Below are positions 22,980 to 36,779 of a stretch of DNA of 64,000 nt, piece after piece. The DNA lies in the NCBI GenBank assembly GCA_964016885.1, contig OZ024741.1, positions 38,006,001 through 38,070,000 of the forward strand. The letters are read 5' to 3'. The position numbers were made by a program, and so were the translations under genes. The notes below the pieces were generated by a model. It was given only the letters and a program-made list of their open reading frames with translations. It did no database searches and was not told the DNA's origin. How positions within the stretch are numbered: position 1 is the stretch's first letter; the number at the start of each line of letters is the position of its first letter. Source of the stretch: Eledone cirrhosa. Lineage: Eukaryota.

Positions 22980-24222
22980 TTACTGCTGTCGTTGTTATTG
23001 TTGTTGTTGTTGTAGTTGTAGTTACTGTTGCTGTTGTTGTTGTTACTGCTGTTATTGTTGTTGTTGTTGTTGTAGTTACTGTTGCTGTTGTTGTTGTTAC
23101 TGCTGTCGTCATTGTTGTTGTTGTAGTTACTGTTGTTGTTGTTGTTACTGTTGTTGTGGTTGTTGTTATTATTGTTGCTCTTCTTGTTGTTACTGTTGTT
23201 GTTGCTGTTGTTATTGTTGCTGTTGTTGTTGTTGTCGTTGTTGTTATTATTGTTGCTGTTCTTGTTGTTACTGTTGTTGTTGTTGTTATTGTTGTTGTTA
23301 TTGTTGTTGTTACTGATGTCGTTGTCATTGATGTTTTTGTTGTTGTTGTACAGTAGTTGCTATTTTTCTTATCGTAACTACTTTTATATTTATGGTGATG
23401 TTGTTACTGTTGTGTTTGTTCTTTTGGTTACTGACACTGCTTGTACTGTTGTTGTTGTTGTTGTTGTTGTTGTTGATACTGCTTGTACTGTTGTTGTTGA
23501 TACTGCTTGTACTGTTGTTGTTGTTACTGTTGTTGTTGATACTGCTGTACTTTTGTTGTTGTTACTGTTGTTGTTGATACTGCTTGTACTGTTGTTGTTG
23601 TTGTCGATACTGCTTGTACTGTTGTTGTTGTTGATACTGCTTGTACTGTTGTTGTTGTTGTTGTTGTTGATACGGCTTGTACTGTTGTTGTTGTTGTTGT
23701 TGATACTGCTTGTACTGTTGTTGTTGTTGTTACTGTTGTTTTTGTTGATACTGCTGTACTTTTGTTGTTGTTGTTACTGTTGTTGTTGTTGATACAGCTT
23801 GTACTGTAGTTGTTGTTGTTACTGTTGTTGTTGTTGCTGTTGCTGCTACTGTTGTTGTTGATCTGCTTGTACTGTAATTGTTGTTGTTGTTGTTGTTGTT
23901 GTTGATACGGCTTGTACTGTAGTTGTTGTTGCTGCTGCGATGTTGTTGTTGTTGTTGCTGCGATGTTGTTGGTGTTGTTGCGATGTTGTTGTTGTTGCTG
24001 CGACGTTGTTGTTGATACGGCTTGTACTGTTGTTGCTGTTGTTGTTATTGCTTTGGCTGCTGTTTATTTTGATGTTGCTCATAATGTAATAGATGTTGTT
24101 GCTGCTGTTGTTGCTGTTGTTGGTGTAGTCGCTATTTTTCTTACTGGAACTACCTTTCAATATGGTGATATTATTGCTATTTATTGTTATTGTTGTTGTT
24201 GCTGCTGCTGTTGTTGTTGTTG
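22980..24222. repeat. (GTT)n tract with recurring GATACTGCTTGTACT unit
   Basis: Direct inspection. Confidence 0.9.
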
Positions 24223-24366
24223 CCAATGAAATTTCTAGAGTTGTTTCGACATTATAGCAAGCTTCCTTTACAAGATGGCTGGAGAGTTGTCCATGTACAC
24301 ATTGACACATACGCACAGACACACATTTACACATACGCACGCACGGACACACACACACATATATAT

Positions 24367-24407
<41 letters not shown>

Positions 24408-24536
24408 CCTGTATTTAAGCTATTATTTATAACAATCGACTGTTATTGCATTTAGTTTCTGCATTCTTTATATATATATAGACTTAAACTTAAACTTAAA
24501 GAACAATTAGAAGACAGCAACCTCTTAACCCTGATA

Positions 24537-25679
24537 ATGTACTCCCGCTACGTTGATGATATAAACATCGTAGTAAAAACACCCCCACTAGAGAACAGTC
24601 AGGAATTAGAGAAAAACACCATGGAAAGCATCCAGCAAATAGCTAACTCCATCCACCAGAGTATTAAAGTTACTATAGACTACCCAAGCAAACACCCCAA
24701 CCATCGATTACCTGTACTAGACACAGAGCTCTGGTTAGAAACCATTAATAACAAAAAACAAATCCTCCATTCCCATTATGCCAAACCCATGACTTCCAAA
24801 TATCTGATCCACCGAAACTCAGCTGTTTCGGAACACACCAAAATCAACATACTGATTGCGGATTTGGTACGGGTGATGAGAAACGTGTCCCGCATGTGCA
24901 ACCCCAAAGAACTAGAGAGACACATACAACACTTCCTCCACCGTATGCAGTTCTCTGGTTACAACCAGAGAGATAAAATCAGAGTATATAGAGGAGCCAG
25001 AACCAAATGGGAAAAAATGGTAAATAATGATACAAATGGGACCTGCCCCTTGTATAGAAGCAAATTTTGGAATAGAATAGAAAGAACTAGGAATAAGGTT
25101 AATAGAATAAACTCATGGTATGATGGCAATAAATAACAGAGTGTAATGTTCATCAATACAACCCCTAGAGGTGAATTAGCTTACAAATTTAGAAGGGCCC
25201 GAGATAAACATAAACTCAATATTAAGATAGTAGAAAGACCATGTACCTCCATAAAAAGACTTATTAGCAATACAAACCCTTCTCAAAGACCTCCCTGTAT
25301 AGACAAGAAATGTATAATCTGTAAGCTAAGCCCCCATATTAACTGTAAAACTAGAAATGTAGTATATAGCATAAGATGTACTGAAGGACAATATAGAGAT
25401 AAGAATATAGTGTACATAGGTGAGACAGCTCGTAGTATAGGAGAACGGATAAATGAACACTGGCGAGAGCTTCAAGATAGTAAAGCATCATCTGTACTCC
25501 ACAAACATGCTAAAATAGAACATAAGGGTAAATTAGAGAACATAGAAATAAAAGTAGAATTTACACACAGAAAAGACGCAATGCTTAGACAAATCACAGA
25601 GGTAATAAACATAAACGAACTCCAACCAAAATTAAATAGAAAACATGAATGGAATAGCAACATCACAACTTACAATTAA
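24537..25679 (+). pseudogene. PLE reverse transcriptase (C-terminal part) - GIY-YIG endonuclease
   Basis: SRYVDD; LPVLD; YAKPM; CIDKKCIIC..NC; NVVYSIRC..YIGETARSIGERINEH..LNRKHEW. Two ORFs in the same frame split by TAA at 25134-25136. Confidence 0.9.
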
Positions 25680-25874
25680 AGACAAAATGAAAACACACAC
25701 ACACATAGAACAAACAACCAACCAGTAACATGTAAACAAATAAATAAACAAATATAAACACACACAGACACCCGGATGTTACACATGCGCAAACTAAGCA
25801 CACAACACACACAAAAACAAGATGGCGTAGGACAGAACAAAGGCGAGGCACAAAAATAAAGAAAAGAATCCCCA

Positions 25875-25917
25875 GTCACTGAAGAAGTCACAGAATGTGT
25901 GACGAAAGAACTTTGAC
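25875..25917 (+). ncRNA. Minimal type I hammerhead ribozyme in PLE 3' end
   Basis: gtca-CTGAAGA-a-gtcaca-gaatg-tgtgac-GAAA-g-aa-CTT-tgac. Loop 3 is abnormally short. Confidence 0.65.
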
Positions 25918-25940
25918 AATATATATATTTCATATATATA

Positions 25941-26060
25941 TATAACGAAGGAGGTGTGGTAAGGAACCAGATGGACCATAACGCAACAGAGTCCTAAAAG
26001 GCAGTCCAGAAATAGCCGTCGAAACGGCTTGAGCTCTGCCGTCGGTGTTAAACATTTTCA
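25941..26060. mobile_element. Family K fragments back to back
   Basis: Tail on the minus strand at 25941-25992; half-HHR arm on the plus strand from 26003. Confidence 0.7.
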
Positions 26061-26175
26061 TATATATATATAAAACGTGGGGTTTCGACTCCTTACAATA
26101 TAACCATATTCTATTACCCTAAATATCGAGTAATCTGGTGAGTAATATTCTAACCAGTTTCAAATTGAATCCATA

Positions 26176-26237
<62 letters not shown>

Positions 26238-26359
26238 ATAATTCAACGGTAACAAATGTCTGTACATTTCTACAATTACATAGGCGCAATGACATAAAGG
26301 TATTGAAGGATGGATTCTTACCATCTACACATACATACAACCATACACGCACACACACA

Positions 26360-26404
<45 letters not shown>

Positions 26405-26427
26405 GTGAACAACGCAAAATATAACTA

Positions 26428-26497
26428 CTCCATTACCAAAGGTTTCTGGATGACAGACGATAACAATATATATGTCTGGATCGTTCGTCAGATAGAG
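26428..26497 (-). ncRNA. Type I hammerhead ribozyme
   Basis: ctctat-CTGACGA-..cagac..gtctg..-GAAA-cc-ttt-g-GTA-atggag. Base of stem II is imperfect. Confidence 0.6.
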
Positions 26498-26512
26498 ATG
26501 TTATGTTAACAT

Positions 26513-26582
26513 CTCTATCTGACGAGTGATCCAGACATATATATTGTTATCGTCTGTCATCCAGAAACCTTTGGTAATGGAG
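26513..26582 (+). ncRNA. Type I hammerhead ribozyme
   Basis: ctctat-CTGACGA-gtgatccagac..gtctgtcatcca-GAAA-cc-ttt-g-GTA-atggag. Confidence 0.65.
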
Positions 26583-26674
26583 TAGTTATATTTTGTGTTG
26601 TTCACTCTCTAATTAAATAGCTCCGTTCTATACATAGAGCACTCTTTTTTCCTTTGCTTTTCCTTTGGAATTAC

Positions 26675-26800
<126 letters not shown>

Positions 26801-26925
26801 GAGTTTTTCGAATATTAATAATAACATTCGATTCGTTTGCAATTGTACAAACAAGCCTCAATTTTATAGCCATGTCAGTAGAATGAACACTTCATTCTTG
26901 CTCTTGTGTTGGCATGTAAGAAGAA

Positions 26926-26969
26926 CTGCAGACACTAATGTTTCTGGGTATCACACTTCATCAGTACAG
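26926..26969 (-). ncRNA. Minimal type I hammerhead ribozyme
   Basis: ctgta-CTGATGA-agtgtgatacc-ca-GAAA-ca-ttag-t-GTC-tgcag. Stem II is weakened. Confidence 0.65.
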
Positions 26970-27046
26970 CTCACTGTTCACCTGCCAAATTTTAGAAAAT
27001 AGCATATATTTTCACTAGCTCTGACAGTTGGCAGGTGAACAGTGAG

Positions 27047-27090
27047 CTGTACTGATGAAGGGTGATAACCAGAAACATTAGTGTCTGCAG
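27047..27090 (+). ncRNA. Minimal type I hammerhead ribozyme
   Basis: ctgta-CTGATGA-ag-ggt-gata-acc-a-GAAA-ca-ttag-t-GTC-tgcag. Confidence 0.75.
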
Positions 27091-27215
27091 TTCTTCTTAC
27101 ATGCCAACACAAGAGCAGGAATAAAGGGTTCATTCTAATGACATGGTTATAAAACTGAGGCTTGTTTGTATAATTGCAAACGAATCGAATGTTATTATTA
27201 ATATTCGAAAAACTC

Positions 27216-27280
<65 letters not shown>

Positions 27281-27294
27281 TATATATATATACA

Positions 27295-27364
<70 letters not shown>

Positions 27365-27644
27365 CAATTTAGAAATTAAAAATTAAAAAATATATGATCA
27401 ACACTACTGTGTTTTTTTTGCAAAATTACAATAATTTTTTAGCCAGATAGAAATACCTTAATTCAAGTACATATAGTCCGTCTGTATCGATCTAGAGAAT
27501 TTTAAATATTAAATCTATACTTACAGACGTAAAATGGCAACAAATATATATATATATAGTAATAATAATAGATTTGAAGACTAAAATCCAAAGTGGGCTC
27601 GATAAGGATAAATATATATCAAATATATAAGAACCGTAGAGGAA

Positions 27645-27846
27645 ATATTTATTAAAATAACAGATTAAAGTTTAAGCAAGGAATCGCTGCTTTCACCCTT
27701 AACGGGATCGTCTTCCTGTCTTCCTTCGGTTGGAACATTTTTAGATTGCAATATTTACTTCTGCGTTCACAGATTGATTTTTTTAGTTTCAGAAGATCCC
27801 GTTAAGGGTGAAAGCAGCGATTCTTTAATCTGTTATTTTAATAAAT
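27645..27846. mobile_element. Fold-back remnant with broken HHR
   Basis: Arms ~27645-27709 and 27795-27846; GATCCCGTTAAGGGTGAAAGCAGCGATTC. Confidence 0.7.
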
Positions 27847-27857
27847 AATTAATATAC

Positions 27858-27942
<85 letters not shown>

Positions 27943-27957
27943 CAGACATTGCCAAAG

Positions 27958-29180
27958 ATTAATAGACTTTCCCCTCCCTTCAAATTGCTGGCTTTGTGCC
28001 TAAATCAGAATCCATTATTATTGGGTGGTGGATTGGTATTATCGGTAGAGCACCGGTCTCCCTGCTTGAAGCATAGAATCACGGTCCTTTAAGTTCTGAG
28101 ATCAAATTCCGCCGAGGTTAGCTTTGCCTTACATACTTACGGGATCGATAAAATAAGGTACCAGTAATGCACTGTTTGATTTAATCCACTCCCCCCCTCA
28201 AAATTGCTGGCCTTGTGCCTAAATCTGAAACTATTATTGTCATATGAAACCTCCTTCGAATTCTGCTTGTCCAATTTGATTGCCGCGTGTCTAATCTGAT
28301 GACCGACTCCTTTTTTTTTTATTTAACTAAAACGGTAATCATGTAAATTGCTCACATTCCTATAAATGAGTGTGTTGGGTTGGTAGTATCGGTAAAGCGT
28401 TGGACAAGATGCTTTGTGGTATTGAGCTGCGACTTTCTACAGTTCTGAGTTCAAATCTCGCCGAGGTCAAATTTGTCGTTCATCCTTCCGGGATTCATAA
28501 AATAATTGTTTCTACTTTTGGCACAAGGTCAGCAATTACGCCAGTGTATTACTGGTACTTTATTTTAACGACTCTGTAAGGATGAAAGACAAAGTTAACC
28601 TCGGTAGGATTTGAACTCATATCATAAAGAGCTGTAACTCTATGCTACAAAGCATGGCGTCCGACCCTCTACCGATACTGCCAATCCACTGTTCCATTTA
28701 TACTAGGGTCGATACAATCGATTTTCCCCTACTCCCAAATTGATGACACTGTGTGTGACAAGGCTAGCCTTTTTAACTACAGGTACAATTCATTTTATCC
28801 AGCCGAGTAAACTGGAACATGAACACAACGTACCACCCAGAATCGAACTCAATACCTTACAATCATAATCCGAATACCCTAACCACTAAGGTATGTTAAG
28901 TTTGTTAGTTAAAGTTTATTCTAAGCCAAAGTCTCATCAGACTGGCGCTTATCCCTGGTTTCCTTCGTGTTAAGTGACTGAGAGTACAATACTCTCTCTG
29001 GACAGGACGCCAGTCTATCGCACGTTTAACTCCCCAGCCACTGCTGGTACTCATCTCAGCTGACTGGACTGGAGTAATGTGAGTAAAGTGTTTTGTTCAA
29101 GAACACAACACACGTATCGAACCGACGACATTGCGATCATACGTCAAGCATCCTAAACATTAGGCCATGCACCTTCACAT
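27958..29180. mobile_element. SINE cluster (family A: 28023-28240+, 28370-28503+, 28503-28690-; family B: 28790-28890-, 28920-29175-)
   Basis: A/B boxes and family consensus matches. Confidence 0.75.
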
Positions 29181-30270
29181 TAAACAACATCTGATCAAAC
29201 AAATAAATAAATAAACAAACAAATAAATAAATAAATAGACAAATAAAGAAAGAATGAAAGAAAGAAAGAAATGTTAAAATAAACCGGATAGAACATAATT
29301 TAATGATTGATATGTTCTATCATGGCTGCACCTAAGTTTTGGACAGCGACAAAACTTGCGGACGAGAATATTGACATATGTGAGAGATTGTGTCATAATG
29401 GTTTCTAGTATTGGCACAAGTCCAGTTATTTAGAGGAAGGGAGAAAGTCAATTATATCGACCCCACGACTGGATTTGAATTCACAATGTAAACAACCGTA
29501 ACTAAATGTTGCAAAGCATTTTGTGCGATGCTCCTACAATTCAGTCAGCTCTTTAATTCTATAACAATGAAAGCTGTATTTGATTGTCAACTTCAGCGTC
29601 AGTTTATTCAGCATAACTATATTGTTTTTTAAATGATTATTATTTTGTGCTTTGAAAATCGGAGGAAAAATGTCTAATATATTATTCGTTTGTTCCTTTT
29701 TCTTCTTTCACTGATTTGGTTTCAGTCATTATATCCCGGCCAAGCTGGGCACCAACTTGAATAGCTTTAGGGATCCTATTGACACTAGTATTTATATTTT
29801 CAAATCTGGTACTCTAATTGTTAAATTCTTTAATTTACGTTAATTCGTTAATTTAAATTCGTTAATTTAAACAAATAGTAACTGTAAACATACATACACA
29901 TACACTATCACATACTATCCGTCTATCTTTCTCTCTATCTATTAGATACATGTATGATGGCTGCAACTAGATTTCAAGTAATGCCATCGCTTAATACTTA
30001 AGCAGGAGCATCACAGACGTGGCTTTTCAGTCCTGCTAGGGACTTGCCTATGGCCAGCAATACCATGCACTGCAAACAATGTCACGTATTAAGTGAGGAA
30101 AGGTTTTGTATGGGGCCAATCCCACTCTCTGAACATCGAATGCATTTGCCCCAAAAGAAGAACTGGTCTACATCATTGGATGCAAACGAAGTGACATGTT
30201 TTATATCAGAGTGACCTTCTCCTAGAGAGAGATCTTACTGAAGACTAGGAGTCTCTTGCTCCATAAAGAG

Positions 30271-30374
<104 letters not shown>

Positions 30375-30440
30375 ATAAAGCAGGCACAGCATATGTTTAC
30401 TAATGTCTACATGGTTTAGTTATGTTTCTTAAATATCAAA

Positions 30441-30785
30441 TAATTGTTTCTACTTTTTGGCAGGCACAAGGCCAGCAATTATTCCAGTGTATTACTGGTA
30501 CTTTATTTTATCGACCCCGTAAGGATGAAAGGCAAAGTTAACCTCGGCGGGATTTGAACTCAGTCCATAAAGATACGTAACTGTGCTGCAAAGCATGGAG
30601 TCCGACCCTCTACCGATACTGCCAATCCACCGCCCTTAAATAGCAAATAATTGTTTCTACTTTAGGCACACGGCCAGCAATTACCCAGTGCATTACTGGT
30701 ACTTTATTTTATCGACCCCGTAAGGATAAACGGCAAAATCAACCTCGGCGGGATTTGAACTCAGATCATAAAGGGACGTAACTAT
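30441..30785 (-). mobile_element. Two tandem SINE family A copies
   Basis: 30441-30640 and 30646-30785. Confidence 0.85.
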
Positions 30786-30874
30786 CAAATAATGTGACAT
30801 TACTAACACAGACAAGCGCGCACACACGTACACATGCACGGACTATGTTCACTATGAGCCTATGTACATCTATC

Positions 30875-30905
<31 letters not shown>

Positions 30906-30910
30906 CTATC

Positions 30911-32508
<1,598 letters not shown>

Positions 32509-33235
32509 TTATTTATCTATCTTTCTCTCCGTCTACTTCGTCACTTTCTCTGTCGTAAAATATGTATGCATGCATACATACATACAAACATACAAACATA
32601 CGTACAAACACACACATATGTAAATGTATATGTATGCCTGTATGTATTAGTGAGAAATTTAAAATAAAATATTGTGAACCTGTTTTCAATTGACACACTA
32701 AAGCGAGACAACTTCTCCATCGCTCACCATCCCCATCATATAATTTAATACTTCCATACACCTACCTTCAGTACACAACTACTCCCCAAGGATTCATATT
32801 TAATAGGTGATAGTAATAGTGTTTCTCGTGTGTTTTGACATCAGTCGAGGAATATCGGCCGCCTGAGAGAACAGCGTAGATTCCTAGTATTTCCTGTGGA
32901 GTATAGCTTACTATTTAGTAAACGGGACCGGAAATTGAAGAGGCAGTCAACGACGTATCAATTATAGGCATTTTATTCCATTTCGTATCATTGTAAATAC
33001 GATCGTAATAATTGTTAATTAAACTGTTACATCATGCGCACAGTTATGTATGTATGTATGTATGTATGTATGTATGTATGTATGTATGTATGTATGTATG
33101 TATGTATGGATGGATGGATGGATGTATGTATGTATGTATGTATGTATGTATGTATGTATGTATGTATGGATGGATGGATGTAAATATGTATGCATGTATG
33201 TATGTATGTATGTATGTATGTATGTATGTATGTAT

Positions 33236-34654
33236 TGGGTTAATGTCGGGGGTGACATGTCGGAGCCTATCTCAGTAAAAAATGGAGTGAAACAGGAGGA
33301 TATTCCAGCACCGACCCTGTTTGCCATATACTTTGCAATGGTTTTCTGTATTGCATTCAGGAATTGCGAGCATGGTGTTTACATCCGATATCGAACCTCA
33401 GGCAGCATATTTAACATCAGGAGCTTTGCTGCGAAGACAAAAGTATTTACATCAATCATAAGAGACCTCTTGTATGCAGATGATTGCGATCTTGTAGCGC
33501 ACACAGAGAGTGATATGCAGCACATTTTGAATGCATTTTCTGACGCTTGCACTGCCCTAGGTCTGACTGTAGGTCTCAAGAAAACCGTCGTCATGTACCA
33601 ACCTGCCTCTGGTAAGCAGTACACTGAACCAAACATCTATGTGTATGGCAAACGACTTGGAGTGGTTGATCAGTTTGTCTACCTAGGAAGCACTGTCAAT
33701 CGATACAGCAACCTTGGCAGTGAAATCTCACTTAGGATTAGGAAAGCAAGTGATGCTTTCGGAAACCTAGAAAGGCGACTCTGGGGTCGGCGAAACATAT
33801 GCAGGAGGACAAAGGTAAAGGTGTACAGGGCATGTGTGCTCTCTTGTCTTCTTTATGCCTGCGAGACCTGGGTCACATATCGACACCAACTTAAGCAATT
33901 GGAGCGTTTCCATCAGATGTGTCTCAGACGGATCCATGGCGTTTACTGGAGGGACCACATCAGTGATGTCGAGATTTTGGAAAGCTCTATGTGTGACAGT
34001 ATAGAAGCTCTTGTGCTTAAGCAACGACTCCGTTGGAGTGGTCACCTTGCCAGGATAAAGGATTCTAGAATACCAAAACAACTCTTTTATGGAGAGTTGG
34101 TTAAAGGAAAACGACCGCCACATAAACCAAAAAAGAGGTATAAGGATTCCTTGAAAGCCTCTCTGAAAGACGCTAACATCTCTGCTGATACATGGGAGAA
34201 TATTGCTGCTGATCGTAATAAATGGAGAAAGACTGTATATGAGGGAAAAGTTGCTTTTGAGGCATCTCGAATCGCATACGAGAAAGTAAAGCGGGATGTG
34301 AGGAAGGGCATTGCTGTTGCACTTCCAGACGGCGAGGGTCCTCCTATGGTGCTGACATGCAGCGTATGTGCGAGACTCTGCCTAAGCAAAGCTGGACTCG
34401 AAAGTCATCTTCGCAGTCATAAAGTAAGACCAGTGGTTGACTACCAGGCTGCTGTTGGAGATGCTACTCATCATGCTTGCCAAACATGTGGTAGAGAATG
34501 TAAATCAGCAGGAGGGCTCAAGCGACATGCAAAAGTACACGAACTCCAACCACAGCCGACTATTCCCAGTAAATGTTTTGGTTGCCGACTCTGTGCAAGA
34601 CATTTTAGATCATTGGCTGGGCTAAAAAGTGACATTCGATCGCAGCGCTGTTAG
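33236..34654 (+). CDS. 5'-truncated RTE-clade LINE ORF: RT C-terminal half plus three C2H2 zinc fingers
   Basis: GVKQ..APTLF; LLYADD; FVYLGS; LLYACETW; RLRWSGHLAR; RIPKQLFYGEL; CxxC..H..H x2 plus a third degenerate finger. The ORF-track N-terminus is a (TATG)n artefact. Confidence 0.9.
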   Translation, partial: WVNVGGDMSEPISVKNGVKQEDIPAPTLFAIYFAMVFCIAFRNCEHGVYIRYRTSGSIFNIRSFAAKTKVFTSIIRDLLYADDCDLVAHTESDMQHILNAFSDACTALGLTVGLKKTVVMYQPASGKQYTEPNIYVYGKRLGVVDQFVYLGSTVNRYSNLGSEISLRIRKASDAFGNLERRLWGRRNICRRTKVKVYRACVLSCLLYACETWVTYRHQLKQLERFHQMCLRRIHGVYWRDHISDVEILESSMCDSIEALVLKQRLRWSGHLARIKDSRIPKQLFYGELVKGKRPPHKPKKRYKDSLKASLKDANISADTWENIAADRNKWRKTVYEGKVAFEASRIAYEKVKRDVRKGIAVALPDGEGPPMVLTCSVCARLCLSKAGLESHLRSHKVRPVVDYQAAVGDATHHACQTCGRECKSAGGLKRHAKVHELQPQPTIPSKCFGCRLCARHFRSLAGLKSDIRSQRC

Positions 34655-34727
34655 TTGCTATCGTGTGTGTGTGTAGATATGCTTATGTGTGTGCGCGTGT
34701 GTGTATATATATATGTATATGTATATT

Positions 34728-35072
34728 ATTTTGTTGAAAGATGGGTGAGAGAAGCAAGTATGGCCCGAATGAATGGGCCTTCTCTGAGTATGTGTCTGTA
34801 AATTAAAGGTGGAAAACTGGGAGAGGGCACTTGCCCTGGTGGTCAGGGCCACTGTGGTCTTTTAATGGGCTTTCTCCACAAATGTCCCTCGGAAGTCTCC
34901 CCCCTATTGGGGAATTTTTCTTTGTTATTTTATTTCATCCTCTGTTTTTTTACACGCAGAAATGCCCATTTGTACCGTCCTGTATTGTCCTGTACTGTCC
35001 TTAATGTCTACTTTATGTAAACCCTTGTGGTTAATAAAGAAAACATTATTGTTGTTGTCGTTATTATTATTG

Positions 35073-35104
<32 letters not shown>

Positions 35105-35105
35105 G
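34728..35105 (+). mobile_element. L1/Tx1-type LINE extreme 3' fragment
   Basis: FVERWVREASMARMNGPSLSMCL* matches the ORF2 end. 3' UTR ..CCCTTGTGGTTAATAAA followed by (ATT)n. Confidence 0.8.
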
Positions 35106-35315
35106 ACGAAAGTGGATGTACGTTTTTTGAAGCTCCGTGAGTAAGCAACTTTTTGAGGATTAATTGTAGAGAATTGTTTATTTTTTGTACCGCTGAAGCA
35201 TTATAAGACATTCATTTGTATCCTGTGAAGGAATAACTCATAATATTTGGGCCTTTTGGCCCAAATATTTGAACTTTATTTTGGAAAAAAATAATAATTT
35301 TTTTCTCAAAAAAAC

Positions 35316-36779
35316 ATGGCGGAGCCACGCCCCCTAGAGGCGGGTCTGCTGTCGTGCAATGGCGACTTGAGCGTTGAGAGGAGAGGTGAGGCGAGGAGCG
35401 CCACCAGCACGAGTGTGAGCAGCGACAGTGCCAGCACCAACGGGCCGAGTGGCGCGGAAGGTGGTAACAGCGACAACACCAACACCAACAAGCCGAACAG
35501 CGCAGAAGGTGGTAATAGCGAGAGCACCAACAAAACGAACAGCACAGAGAGTAATAGTAGCGACAGCAACAGCACCAACAAGGCCAACAGCACAGAGGGT
35601 AACCACGACACAGGGGAGAACAACAACAGCAATAGCAGCAGCAACACCAACAAGAACAACAACAGTGACAACACCAACAAGAACACCTTCGCTGCTGTGG
35701 CAGCGGCTAAAAGGAGACCATGCTACAGCATCGACTTAACCAACAGAGAGGAAAAGTTGGCCCAGGCCTGGAAAATCATAAATCAAGAGCAGACCTGGGC
35801 AAACTTAACTGTCCCGGCAGAAGCCATTGAGGCAGTGGAAAAAAGAACGGTGCATTTCAGATGCATCTCAGTAGAGACAAAGAGGGCAGCGATAATCGCC
35901 CAAGCTGATATAGAAGCCGCACTGAAATACATCAGAGAGGACACAGACTTCATAGAGAGGGGCAGGCAATACGGCACCGTTTCGGTGCTGTTCAAGTCTG
36001 AAGCCCTCGCTGTGAAGCATTCAATGACCCCTTGCAAAACCAGCAAGGTCATAATGTACCCCTCCCACATGGGAAAACGAATAGCACGTGTGCGCATTCC
36101 CAGGATTCCACCAGGACTTGATATGTGGTGGCTCCTGGGTTGCGTAATCGTGGAAGGAACGGATACAGTCCCGGTAGAGGCAACGAGAACTGCCAGGGAC
36201 GACTGGTCCGGGGTTGATCTGGAGATACTGCTCCAAATCAGACCCGAAAACGGAAAAGCAATCCCGGACCACATCCGCCTCCAAAACGGGAGGGTGTTGC
36301 ATATAATGACTGAGGGCAAAAGGCCGCATTGTTTCCTTTGTGGGGAAACGACACACTTGCGAGCCTTCTGCCCTCAACTGCCGAAAAGCGCAAGGGGTCG
36401 AAAGATTCCACTGCTGGCGACGCCGGGACAAGGACCACCAGCAACACCGTCAACAATGGAACCACCAAAATTGCACACCCAGGGGGGAAACGAGGAAAGC
36501 TCTCCCATTCCCCCTCCCCCCCAAAATACACACACGAACAAGAACATAAACACTCACTCAGACACAAACACGCTCACAGCCACAGACCCCTCATCCTCCA
36601 GCAGTGAAGATGAGGGAAAACCAAAGTCCCCCAAAATACAAAAAACAAAACACAAAAAAAAAAGAAATCCACAAAGCACAAACACCCCCACAAAAAAATA
36701 CATACACCACCCACACAAACATTTTCCCCACAGCATCACCAACACAACCACCAAAATCCCCCAAACGCAAACAAGCTAA
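35316..36779 (+). CDS. LINE ORF1 protein with CCHC zinc knuckle (C-terminus probably frameshifted, continuing to ~37223)
   Basis: N/S-rich N-terminus, TFAAVA motif, CFLCGETTHLRAFC knuckle. Lies directly upstream of ORF2. Confidence 0.8.
   Translation: MAEPRPLEAGLLSCNGDLSVERRGEARSATSTSVSSDSASTNGPSGAEGGNSDNTNTNKPNSAEGGNSESTNKTNSTESNSSDSNSTNKANSTEGNHDTGENNNSNSSSNTNKNNNSDNTNKNTFAAVAAAKRRPCYSIDLTNREEKLAQAWKIINQEQTWANLTVPAEAIEAVEKRTVHFRCISVETKRAAIIAQADIEAALKYIREDTDFIERGRQYGTVSVLFKSEALAVKHSMTPCKTSKVIMYPSHMGKRIARVRIPRIPPGLDMWWLLGCVIVEGTDTVPVEATRTARDDWSGVDLEILLQIRPENGKAIPDHIRLQNGRVLHIMTEGKRPHCFLCGETTHLRAFCPQLPKSARGRKIPLLATPGQGPPATPSTMEPPKLHTQGGNEESSPIPPPPQNTHTNKNINTHSDTNTLTATDPSSSSSEDEGKPKSPKIQKTKHKKKRNPQSTNTPTKKYIHHPHKHFPHSITNTTTKIPQTQTS

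Larger units (their letters stand above)
24480..25920 (+). mobile_element. 5'-truncated Penelope-like retroelement
   Basis: RT C-terminus, linker, GIY-YIG, 3' UTR ending in an HHR. (TA)n on both sides. Confidence 0.9.

Noticed and set aside
19587-24432. Many YI/HT/CV/poly-H ORFs
   Set aside because: Microsatellite artefacts
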